Sequence record: MT028491.1
Strand: one strand, 5' to 3'
DNA length: 64,000 nt
Below, piece after piece: positions 9,820-18,472 of this stretch. A program made the position numbers and the translations under genes. The notes under the pieces were generated by a model. It did no database searches and was not told the origin of the DNA. It was given only the letters and a program-made list of their open reading frames with translations. Every line of letters starts with the position of its first letter. Position 1 is the first letter of the stretch.

Positions 9820-10296
9820 ATGATCGTCAACATATGCCTGTGGAGAATTAAGAAATCGCTTTACAATTTCTTCATCTGCCGATCCAACCGTCCAACTCTT
9901 TTTGACATCAGACGAATCGTTCTTTAGCTGTAAATCGCTAAGATCAAGTTTTTCCGGTGGCCATGAAGTCGTCTTCACCATTCCTGTGGTCAAAGGCTTT
10001 GTTTCTACCTTATTGTCCTTGTCATGATTATAGATTGCAAGCACAAGATAGTGTAGAGCCTTCATTAAATCCTTACGATTATGGCCAGCCTTTTCACCAT
10101 AACGGTTAACATATTTGCCTGCCGTATCAACACAGAAATATGTTCCCCTATTATTACCCTTTTGAAAGATTGTGTCAAGGTATTGAACGATATCTTTACC
10201 TTCGATTCCATCCGCTCGCTTAACATAATGTTCTGAATAGGTCTTCTCAATATAAGCTTTTAGCTCTTCGACAATATTGTCTTCATTATAACGCAT
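9802..10296 (-). CDS. DUF3310-like protein (conserved in T4-like phages)
   Basis: GGAG SD before ATG 10296 (MRYNEDN); KYVNRYGEKAG..KDLMKALHY resembles the DUF3310 KYxxRxGxK...DLxKAxxY pattern. Confidence 0.5.
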   Translation of the reverse strand: MRYNEDNIVEELKAYIEKTYSEHYVKRADGIEGKDIVQYLDTIFQKGNNRGTYFCVDTAGKYVNRYGEKAGHNRKDLMKALHYLVLAIYNHDKDNKVETKPLTTGMVKTTSWPPEKLDLSDLQLKNDSSDVKKSWTVGSADEEIVKRFLNSPQAYVDDHKDVGK

Positions 10297-10321
10297 TAAA
10301 AATGTAGCTCCAAAAAATGTA

Positions 10322-11128
10322 TTAAGTAAGTGCGGCAAGCGCCCCAAGGTTGCCCTTGAAGACATATGTTCCAATATGATTGAGATTCATGAATGGAAGT
10401 ATCCATACCTTTTTGCCAAGCTTGCGCGCCTTTTGGCAAAAGAAATAGTCTTCTGATAGATATCGTCTGGACTCTGGATCAATTTCGGCTTGGAAATAAA
10501 GCATAATATCGCGAGAACCATTGAAATTGTCGTCTCTCACGTGATCGGGCTTAAATAGCAATTCAGGGTATGCTTGATCAAAATCGTCTAGAAGTTCCTT
10601 ACGGAATAACATGAAGCCTGTACCGGTTTCAGCGACTTCCATAGGCTCTACCATCTTGAATGAGCCTGTCTTGAGCGGATTAAACACGTAATCCCCTGCA
10701 TAATGTTCTAGGACGTTTGGATTTTCATCCGCATAGCCACGATCAACAGCGGCTTTAACTCTTTCCCATGCAATGTTCTTTTTTGGATAGGTTGCGGCTA
10801 GGATATCATAATCACTGCCGGTTTCTGACAATTGCATCAGGTAAAAAACGTATAAAGGATTAAATTCAATATCAGCATCGATGAAGAGCATATGCGTCAT
10901 GCCGGATCGCTTAAATTCGTCGCAACAGTATGATCTAGCTCTTGTGATTAGGGATTCATTTGCAATAAAATGAACCTTCATCGGTATTTGGTATTTCGTA
11001 GCAATAATAGTGATTTCTAATAGGCTCTTAGCAAAATTGACATTGCAACTCCCACCATAAGCAGGAGTTGCAATAAACAATGACTTGCCTTTAAGACTAT
11101 CGAAATCGATAGTCGGACTTTGTGTCAT
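10322..11128 (-). CDS. GT-A fold glycosyltransferase-like protein (GT2-related)
   Basis: IATPAYGG, ESLITRAR, FIDADI (DxD), GTGFML, YLSEDYFFC, H-I-G C-terminal motif. Confidence 0.7.
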   Translation of the reverse strand: MTQSPTIDFDSLKGKSLFIATPAYGGSCNVNFAKSLLEITIIATKYQIPMKVHFIANESLITRARSYCCDEFKRSGMTHMLFIDADIEFNPLYVFYLMQLSETGSDYDILAATYPKKNIAWERVKAAVDRGYADENPNVLEHYAGDYVFNPLKTGSFKMVEPMEVAETGTGFMLFRKELLDDFDQAYPELLFKPDHVRDDNFNGSRDIMLYFQAEIDPESRRYLSEDYFFCQKARKLGKKVWILPFMNLNHIGTYVFKGNLGALAALT

Positions 11129-11140
11129 TCTTACCTTTCA

Positions 11141-12079
11141 TTATCCATTAGCATTAAGCTTCTTATGAAGATTTGAATAGAATTCGAAGTTATTAGCTTC
11201 GCTGATCTGTTCATCTTCTGTCTTCGAATCGTCTTCATAAGAAGAGATATAGAAGTCAATCAAACCGTCTCGGAAACCATCCGCGAAACGAGAAAATGTA
11301 ATGCGCATAGCACGTACAACCGAAGCACCAGACGATTCCATTTCTTCCAAAAGGAACTTGAGACGACGAGACGAAAGGGTATGTTCGGTATCATGACCGC
11401 CATTCTTCTGTGCTTCGCGAACCTGACTTGCATAGTCTGCAATACGTTCAAGTGGATCAAAGTTCGTGTAACCAGAAAGATCGATTCCACGGTCTTCAAC
11501 AAATTTCTTGAACGATTCAAGTTCCTGATCGCGAGACATATAATCGAATTCAAGAACCGCCGCGATACGTTCAAGGAACGCTTCGTTAAGGTACTGAGTA
11601 CCGATATACTTACCGGTTTCATCACCCTGACCCTTAGTATTTGCAGTCAAGAAAATCTGGAAACCGGGGGCCGGAAGAATGGTTTCGTTGCTATCCGCAA
11701 TATGATAGCCATTGCCTTCCATGACGGATTGCAAGCACATGATATTATTTGGATGTGCACAGTCAAATTCGTCCAAAACCAGAACAGCACCTTGCTGCAT
11801 AGCTTCTGTTACAGGCCCGTACTGGAAGATGGTTTCACCAGCCTTAAGGCGGAAACCACCCATAAGATCATCCTTGGTCGTTTCCTTGGTAACAGAAAAC
11901 TTGAGCATAGGACGATTGTTATGGGCGCAAGCCTGTTCAACCGTCATCGACTTACCAGAACCAGTTTCACCAACCAAAAGAACCGGCTTGAAACGCTTAT
12001 TCAGAATGACCTTTTCAATATAGTCATAATGAGCGGTTTTCACGAATTCCGGCTTCTTCTTTGGCACGATAATTGTCAT
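11141..12079 (-). CDS. MoxR/CobS-like AAA+ ATPase
   Basis: GETGSGKS Walker A, LVLDEFD Walker B, TANTKGQGD, LNEAFLERI arginine finger, LSSRRL. Confidence 0.9.
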   Translation of the reverse strand: MTIIVPKKKPEFVKTAHYDYIEKVILNKRFKPVLLVGETGSGKSMTVEQACAHNNRPMLKFSVTKETTKDDLMGGFRLKAGETIFQYGPVTEAMQQGAVLVLDEFDCAHPNNIMCLQSVMEGNGYHIADSNETILPAPGFQIFLTANTKGQGDETGKYIGTQYLNEAFLERIAAVLEFDYMSRDQELESFKKFVEDRGIDLSGYTNFDPLERIADYASQVREAQKNGGHDTEHTLSSRRLKFLLEEMESSGASVVRAMRITFSRFADGFRDGLIDFYISSYEDDSKTEDEQISEANNFEFYSNLHKKLNANG

Positions 12080-12123
12080 AATATAAAAATCCCTTTCGTT
12101 TCGGTTTAACTCTAATGTTAGTT

Positions 12124-12152
12124 TTATAGTCGATTCTTAGGATAAAGTCAAC
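12124..12152 (-). promoter_or_regulatory. Sigma70-type promoter for the AAA+/GT/DUF3310 genes
   Basis: TTGACT-17 nt-TATAAA on the minus strand. Confidence 0.65.
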
Positions 12153-12159
12153 TTGTTTT

Positions 12160-14259
12160 TTACAAAATCGCCTTCATCAAATCCTTAGCAAATTTCAGGT
12201 ATTCCGGGCGATTCTGAATAACCTTGCGAGACAGGTTGTAATGCTTCGTGTATTCAGATTCCACACCTTCACTATGAGTCTTTTCAAGATCAATAGCGAT
12301 AAAGGCCGCGTTGAACAGTTCCTTATAAAGCTTGATCGTATGACCATAATAAGCCTGAGTCGTTGAAGAAAACAACTTACCAGTCTTATTATCCTGCAAA
12401 CCACCAACACTACCAAGTTCATCACCACCATCAGTGATAGCAATAACACCAAATTTCTTGATATCATTACCTTCAATGAAAGAGTCTGCAACATAACGAG
12501 CCGTCAACAGAGTGTTTGTGAGTGGAGTACCACCCAAGCTAACACCGCCGTCCTTAAGACCGGACATCATTCCATTATAAACCTGATTGATTTCTGATTT
12601 CTTAAGATCAGAAGAGAACAGTTCATAAACGTTATAACCGCCGCCCCAACCAGATTTGAAATGATTGGCAATGGTTCGATTACCAGTCTTCATGTTGTTG
12701 ATCGTAAGACCGACAGAGAAGAACTTGAAAGGAACGCCAACTCGCTTAAAGAACATTGACATGATGTAAGCATGTTCCGTAACCTTCAAGACCTTATCAG
12801 ACATAGAGCCTGAATAGTCAAGGAAAATAAAGAAACCGTACTTATCACCAGTGTATTCAATCTCACTATGCTTAAAGATATCTTCTGAAACCTTGTAAGC
12901 ATGAAGTTCACGCGGGTTAATCTTACCAGTCTTTGCAGTCTGAGTCTTATGATATTCTTCTGACTTCTTATTCAGTTCGAAACCACGAACAAGACTAGAA
13001 ACGTTATGTCGAATATCATCCTTCACGTTATTTGCAAACCTACGGAAATGGTTTGCAACATGCTTGGCAGGAATATAAATCTTCGTCGGATCATATTGAC
13101 CCTGTGGACGTGCGATACCGGTAGCATGACCGTAATGGTTGTTTCCACCGACAGTACCAGTTGTTACATGACCAGATGATGTGTTGTTAGTGTCTAGTGC
13201 ATGAGAAGGTGAAGAACCTTCTGATCCACCAGTTCCAACGGAAACATCGCCTTGCTTATAACCAGAACCGGGACCGGAATTGGTTCCCTTCTGTTGCTGA
13301 TCTTGTTCGGCTTGATCCTTTGCAGCCTGTGCCATCTTTTCCTTAATTTTCTTAAGGATTTCCTTGGCTTCATCATCAAGATCAGATTCGTCAATGGCCT
13401 TACCATCACCAGAACCAACTTGAGCGCCGCCCTTGGAATTGACATTGATTTTATTAGCCGAGTCAGATGAAAGCATATCCAAGAGTTGCTTAAGGAACTT
13501 TGTCATCTGTTCCTTATCGCGTTGCTTGTCCTTGGCATACTGTTCATCAAGAAAATGCTTCATAATGTCTTCTGACAACGTGTAAACATGATCTTCCGTA
13601 ACGGTTCGATCCATACGTTCGAAGAAATCAGTTTCAGCGGTTTCCTTAAACGTTGGTTTGGTTGACTTTCCATCCCAACGCGACTTGTAAAAGATGTTTG
13701 CCGCGTTAAGAAATTCCATCATCTTACGGAAAGATTCGTTGAACTTCTTCTGTTCTTCACTTTGTTCGTTTGTGACCTTTTCCGCGTCCTTGATCGACTT
13801 GGCAATAATACCCTTTTCGGCCTTTTCAGGATTGAACAATGGAGACTCACGAATGATTCCAGCCGCAACCTTATAATCGGCGCGCATACCCGGAAGACGA
13901 TGTTGAATCTTTTTGTCAATACGGACATCTTCACAGACATTGTGAACGCTGGAAAGGATGTTATTCCACATTTGGGAAACATTCTTGTTTGCTTCCAAAC
14001 GCTTCATAAATTCTTCATAGCTTGTCCAAATAACATGTGCTGATTCGTGACCGACAAGCATACGGAACATCCCATCTGGAACATCCCAATAAGGAATAAC
14101 AATATCGCTATTCTTCAAATCGACATAAGCCGTTGGAGCATTTTCGTCCAGACGAAGACGCAATTGCTTTTCCGTCACCAATTCGGCCAAAATATTCAAT
14201 CGGCCTACATTCGGCATTGGATAAATGCGACCAGTCGTAACGTTCTCAAGCTTTGCCAT
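12160..14259 (-). CDS. CobT-like vWA protein with N-terminal HExxH metallopeptidase-like motif
   Basis: GHESAH near the N-terminus; MIDAS FLDYSGSMS, GGTPL, AITDG; Gly/Ser low-complexity linker; adjacent to the MoxR/CobS ATPase. Confidence 0.8.
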   Translation of the reverse strand: MAKLENVTTGRIYPMPNVGRLNILAELVTEKQLRLRLDENAPTAYVDLKNSDIVIPYWDVPDGMFRMLVGHESAHVIWTSYEEFMKRLEANKNVSQMWNNILSSVHNVCEDVRIDKKIQHRLPGMRADYKVAAGIIRESPLFNPEKAEKGIIAKSIKDAEKVTNEQSEEQKKFNESFRKMMEFLNAANIFYKSRWDGKSTKPTFKETAETDFFERMDRTVTEDHVYTLSEDIMKHFLDEQYAKDKQRDKEQMTKFLKQLLDMLSSDSANKINVNSKGGAQVGSGDGKAIDESDLDDEAKEILKKIKEKMAQAAKDQAEQDQQQKGTNSGPGSGYKQGDVSVGTGGSEGSSPSHALDTNNTSSGHVTTGTVGGNNHYGHATGIARPQGQYDPTKIYIPAKHVANHFRRFANNVKDDIRHNVSSLVRGFELNKKSEEYHKTQTAKTGKINPRELHAYKVSEDIFKHSEIEYTGDKYGFFIFLDYSGSMSDKVLKVTEHAYIMSMFFKRVGVPFKFFSVGLTINNMKTGNRTIANHFKSGWGGGYNVYELFSSDLKKSEINQVYNGMMSGLKDGGVSLGGTPLTNTLLTARYVADSFIEGNDIKKFGVIAITDGGDELGSVGGLQDNKTGKLFSSTTQAYYGHTIKLYKELFNAAFIAIDLEKTHSEGVESEYTKHYNLSRKVIQNRPEYLKFAKDLMKAIL

Positions 14260-14306
14260 TATAAATTTGTCTCCATTAACTATTCAGAGTTATCTTGACA
14301 TTGTTC

Positions 14307-14801
14307 TTAGCTATCAGCCTTAACAATGTCAACACCTTTTTTCATAGCTTGTTCAAAAGAATATCGATTAACCTTTGACTTAATGGTTTCACCGTCTAAC
14401 GCTTCAATCGCTCTTTGGATTACAGCGGCGGTAGTTCCACCAAATACGTTTGTCATAGTCTCACCAGTTGGTAATGTAAAGCGGACTCTGATTTCCTTTG
14501 CCCTTTTTACAGGAATTGGCTTATTCCCAAAAAGTGGACATACATCATCAACTTCAACAATATCCTGTGATCGACTCACAATACGCGGGTTGAACATTGG
14601 TAAATAGCTCTTAGGGTCTTGCCAATTGCCAACGATAATAGCTCGCTTATTGATACCAATCATGTTAGCAGAAAGCCCGATTGACTTGGTATCAATCAAG
14701 GCTTCCACCAGCTTAGTGCAAAGATCGTCAATATCGTCTTTATCCATATAGACATAGACGTTTGCCGGTTTCAAATCCATATAATTTACAATTTCGGTCA
14801 C
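14307..14801 (-). CDS. Peptide deformylase homologue, catalytically degenerate
   Basis: IGLSANMIG (motif 1), MFNPRI, DDVCPL (motif 2), VKRAKEIRVRF, IQRAIEALDG (motif 3 lacking HExxH); overlaps the gp46 stop. Confidence 0.75.
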   Translation of the reverse strand: MTEIVNYMDLKPANVYVYMDKDDIDDLCTKLVEALIDTKSIGLSANMIGINKRAIIVGNWQDPKSYLPMFNPRIVSRSQDIVEVDDVCPLFGNKPIPVKRAKEIRVRFTLPTGETMTNVFGGTTAAVIQRAIEALDGETIKSKVNRYSFEQAMKKGVDIVKADS

Positions 14802-16519
14802 TGTCTGTTTTCCCTCATGACGCTAAAGTTATTTTCCTTAACAAATTCAATAGTATCTGTAATATGTTCCTTCATAGCTTCCGAATGGGAAATAATGAAG
14901 ATATTGGCTTGAAGGGTATCAAAAATGCTAAGCATTGCATGAACGCCTTCTGAGTCCATTGACGAATCACCAACTTCATCCAAGAACAAGATATTCGTAT
15001 TAATGTTGTTGCGGCGTCTGGCAATTTCTCGCCATGCGAAAAGAATAGCCAAATCAATACGTTGCTTTTCACCTTCTGAGAAGTTCTCATAGGTGAAATT
15101 ATCACGGTATCGGCTCTTGATGGTTTCATTAAAGCTACTGTCAAGAGTGAATTCAACATAAAAATTCATATGTTCCAGATACATATTCATCAATTCATTG
15201 AACAATGGAATGTATTGTTCAATGACTTCTGCTTTAATAGCCGTATCTTTCATCATGAGTTTTGAAATATTCATCACTTCACGTTCACGATATAGACTAT
15301 CTTTAGTGATTCTTTTTTCTTCCAAATCCTTTTCTGCAAGATCAAGTTTATTCTTGTATTCGGATGTATCGGCTTGACCGGTGCTTTCTTCCTTTTCAAT
15401 CTCTCTTTCGATATAATCAATCATGCTTCTCTTGTCAGAAATTGATTGAGCGATTGAAGATGATCTTTGTGTCAGTTTTTGAAGATCGTTTGCCTTTTGT
15501 CTAGCCGTGGTAATAACGTCACGAATCTTGATACTCTTATCGTTATATTCCTTGCTTGCCTTTTGATTTTCATCAATCTCTTGACATAGCACATGAATGC
15601 GATTCTTGCGATTTTCTGGATCAAATGGGTTCTTACAAGTTGGACAAGATTCATTACCCTTAAGGAATGTTACCTCTTTATTCTTAAGACCATATTCCGT
15701 TTGAAGGGTATTAACCTTAAGTTTCAGCTTGGTTTCAGCTTCTTCATATTTAGTAACATCTTGGATTTCACCAGACAGTTTTTCAATAGCCTGTGCAACC
15801 TTATCTTGGTCAATAGTTAACTGATCAATTTCACTCTGGATAGACTTGATCTTTTCACGCTTCGAACTAATGCCTTCTTTATTAGCTTTTTCCAATCTTT
15901 CAATCACACTCTTGTTAGTCTGAATTTCATTCACAAGAGACTTGATATCATTGTCATAGCTATTGATTTCGGTATTAAGCTTGTCGTTGAATTCCTTCAT
16001 CACATCAGACATAACGGAAAAAACATCAAGCCCAAGAATGGTTTCTGTCACTCTCCTACGTTCTGCCGTCTTGAGAAGCATGAAAGGCTGATATTTACCA
16101 GATGCAATAACGACAATCTGTTTAAAGGTTTCATAACCAAATCCTAGAATGTGTGATTCTAGATAATCCTGTAGTTCTCTCTTCGATCCAGCATCGGCAT
16201 CAATAGGTTCACCATCCTTGGTGATTTCAAAGATATCTGGCTTAATACCACGATGCACAATATATTCCGAATGATTTTTTTCGAAACATATCTTGATTTC
16301 GGCACCCTTCTTATTAATCGAATTGATAAGCTTGTCTTTGGTAATTCCGCGAAAATCTTTACCAAATATAGCATAAGAAAATGCAGAAATGATTGTAGAT
16401 TTACCACGTCCATTCTTACCAAAGATAAGAGTAGTTTTAGATTTTTCAAAATCAATCTTAATAGGATGGTTGCCAGTAGCAAGAATATTCTTATATTCAA
16501 TCCACTTAAACTTAATCAA
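14798..16519 (-). CDS. gp46: Recombination ATPase (Rad50/SbcC-like)
   Basis: GKNGRGKST, coiled coils with CPTC zinc hook, FSEGEKQR signature, LFLDE. Confidence 0.95.
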   Translation of the reverse strand: MIKFKWIEYKNILATGNHPIKIDFEKSKTTLIFGKNGRGKSTIISAFSYAIFGKDFRGITKDKLINSINKKGAEIKICFEKNHSEYIVHRGIKPDIFEITKDGEPIDADAGSKRELQDYLESHILGFGYETFKQIVVIASGKYQPFMLLKTAERRRVTETILGLDVFSVMSDVMKEFNDKLNTEINSYDNDIKSLVNEIQTNKSVIERLEKANKEGISSKREKIKSIQSEIDQLTIDQDKVAQAIEKLSGEIQDVTKYEEAETKLKLKVNTLQTEYGLKNKEVTFLKGNESCPTCKNPFDPENRKNRIHVLCQEIDENQKASKEYNDKSIKIRDVITTARQKANDLQKLTQRSSSIAQSISDKRSMIDYIEREIEKEESTGQADTSEYKNKLDLAEKDLEEKRITKDSLYREREVMNISKLMMKDTAIKAEVIEQYIPLFNELMNMYLEHMNFYVEFTLDSSFNETIKSRYRDNFTYENFSEGEKQRIDLAILFAWREIARRRNNINTNILFLDEVGDSSMDSEGVHAMLSIFDTLQANIFIISHSEAMKEHITDTIEFVKENNFSVMRENRQ

Positions 16520-17565
16520 CGCTTCCTTGCCTCTTTATAGACCTTCAATAACAGGTCTTTAACTTCATCTTTAAATTCACTAGAGATTGTTTCGTCATCT
16601 AGTTTATCAACATAATTTACAATAATATCAGGAATATCTTTAGTCTGGATTTCTTCATCAACAGACTCATTGATCATTTCCTTGATAGAAGTCTTCGTTT
16701 CATCAACAAAGGTAACATCATATGGTTTTTGTAGCTGAATATCCTTGACAAAACGTTCAAAATCAGTTTCCGATTCTTTGATCCCATGGAAAACCTTGAT
16801 ATTCTTACCTTCCATATTTTTGGGGGCAACAATACCATTTTGATATTTAACCCTCATAAAATGGTTGTTATCGTAATTAGGAATGAATTCTAATTGTCCG
16901 GTTTCGGTATCCAGAATATGAAAACCTACTTCATTCTCGATTTCACCCCAATCCAAAATCATAGGAGAACCAAGATAATAGATGTTACCAATTTTCTGTT
17001 GCTTATGAAAGTGACCAGACATAACCAGCTTGTATTTCTTAAATAAAGCTTGCTCCAATCCTTTGGACTTGGTTCCGCCGTAATCAAACCCGGTGATTTG
17101 CAAATGACCGATCAAATAATCAGCATCAGAATTGGCAATCATATCTAACGAATGTTGGTGATTCTCTTGATTGATCCAAGGAACAAACAAGAATTTCTTG
17201 CCACCTATCACAATCTCTGTTGTGGTTTCGTAAATCTTGACTTTGTTTAACTTGAAAATATGTTTTGGACTATTTACGCGATTGGTTGACTCATACAGAC
17301 AATCGTGATTGCCAATAATATGATCAATCGGAATACCCAACTCATTGGCTGGACCTTCAAACGTTTCACGATAAGAATCGATTGCCGCCATACCAAGATT
17401 GATACGGGCATCGAACATGTCACCAGCATTAATAATGTGTGTGACGCCATTCTCTTTAAGGGTAGGGAAAAAATTATCTCGAAAGAAATTTCCAGTCTCT
17501 TTTAACAGGAACGGATTGTTTCGATTCTTACCATAGTGAACGTCTGTCACTATTGCGATTTTCAA
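16516..17565 (-). CDS. gp47: Recombination nuclease (Mre11/SbcD-like)
   Basis: TDVHYG, GDMFD, GNHD, GHL, SGHFH phosphoesterase motifs. Confidence 0.95.
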   Translation of the reverse strand: MKIAIVTDVHYGKNRNNPFLLKETGNFFRDNFFPTLKENGVTHIINAGDMFDARINLGMAAIDSYRETFEGPANELGIPIDHIIGNHDCLYESTNRVNSPKHIFKLNKVKIYETTTEIVIGGKKFLFVPWINQENHQHSLDMIANSDADYLIGHLQITGFDYGGTKSKGLEQALFKKYKLVMSGHFHKQQKIGNIYYLGSPMILDWGEIENEVGFHILDTETGQLEFIPNYDNNHFMRVKYQNGIVAPKNMEGKNIKVFHGIKESETDFERFVKDIQLQKPYDVTFVDETKTSIKEMINESVDEEIQTKDIPDIIVNYVDKLDDETISSEFKDEVKDLLLKVYKEARKR

Positions 17566-17641
17566 TATTCACTCCATATACAAAATTATTATAATTTAAA
17601 AAATAAACGCGAGTCGTTTTATCCAACCCGCGTTTATATGT

Positions 17642-17779
17642 TTAGTCTAAAAATTCTGCATTGTCAAGTTCGGATTGTTCATCCTGACTAACTACCTCTT
17701 CGAACAGTGAACCATCACTGGTCTTACGATATAGCTTACCATCAATCTCAACAAGTTCCTCATTTTTCTTTTCTGGCAT
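17642..17779 (-). CDS. 45-aa acidic microprotein (not in ORF track)
   Basis: MPEKKNEELVEIDGKLYRKTSDGSLFEEVVSQDEQSELDNAEFLD; purine-rich SD; overlaps the upstream small ORF. Confidence 0.5.
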   Translation of the reverse strand: MPEKKNEELVEIDGKLYRKTSDGSLFEEVVSQDEQSELDNAEFLD

Positions 17780-17936
17780 TCTTTCCCATTTCCTTTTCGT
17801 AAGCCTCTAGCACGGCTTCAATCTCCTTATGGATCATTGAAAGGGTCGTGTAGCAGTTATTACGTTCAAATATAGGTGTGTTCGGATTAGCAAGCCTCAA
17901 AACAAAATTTTCAATTACAGGCGGTAACTTTTCCAT
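17760..17936 (-). CDS. 58-aa protein coupled to gp55 (not in ORF track)
   Basis: MEKLPPVIENFVLRLANPNTPIFERNNCYTTLSMIHKEIEAVLEAYEKEMGKNARKEK; ATG overlaps the gp55 TAA (TAATG). Confidence 0.65.
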   Translation of the reverse strand: MEKLPPVIENFVLRLANPNTPIFERNNCYTTLSMIHKEIEAVLEAYEKEMGKNARKEK

Positions 17937-18472
17937 TATTCTTTACTCTTCTTAGCGGCTTCTTTCTTATTCTTAAGTGAAACCTCATATTCTTCAATGA
18001 AAGTTAACATATTTTCTTGAGCATGTTTAGAATATATGTCATTTTCCTGATAAGAACTATCATCATTTTCTTGACTATCTGAGATAGACTCAAAAATCCT
18101 ACTATTTTCAATTGCCTTATATTTTTTATAAAGATAACGTCTTTCATTATTAATTGATTGAAAGAAACCGTTTGTAATAACTGATGTGAAATAGCTAAAA
18201 GGACTTGTTCCCCTATCAGGATCGTATGAATCTATATATCTTACGCATAACATCACCGCGTCCTGTCTCATGTCTTCGATATGCATATAACCTCTAAATC
18301 GGTACTTTGTACTTAAATTATTTGCAATATCCATAAAACATTTAGCTAGATAGTCGGGGCAAGGCTCATCTGGATTGGCTTGCTTTCGTTCCTTATAAGC
18401 CTTGAATTCCCTCCACATCTTATCTTTATCAATATAATTGTTAGTCTTTTTCTTCTTTGGAGTATTATTCAT
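17936..18472 (-). CDS. gp55: Late-transcription sigma factor
   Basis: NYIDK, YLAKCFMDIANNLS.KYRFRGY, EDMRQDA, SPFSYFT...F. Confidence 0.95.
   Translation of the reverse strand: MNNTPKKKKTNNYIDKDKMWREFKAYKERKQANPDEPCPDYLAKCFMDIANNLSTKYRFRGYMHIEDMRQDAVMLCVRYIDSYDPDRGTSPFSYFTSVITNGFFQSINNERRYLYKKYKAIENSRIFESISDSQENDDSSYQENDIYSKHAQENMLTFIEEYEVSLKNKKEAAKKSKE

Noticed and set aside
11381-12109. 242-aa plus-strand ORF
   Set aside because: Antisense to the AAA+ ATPase; no motifs or expression signals.
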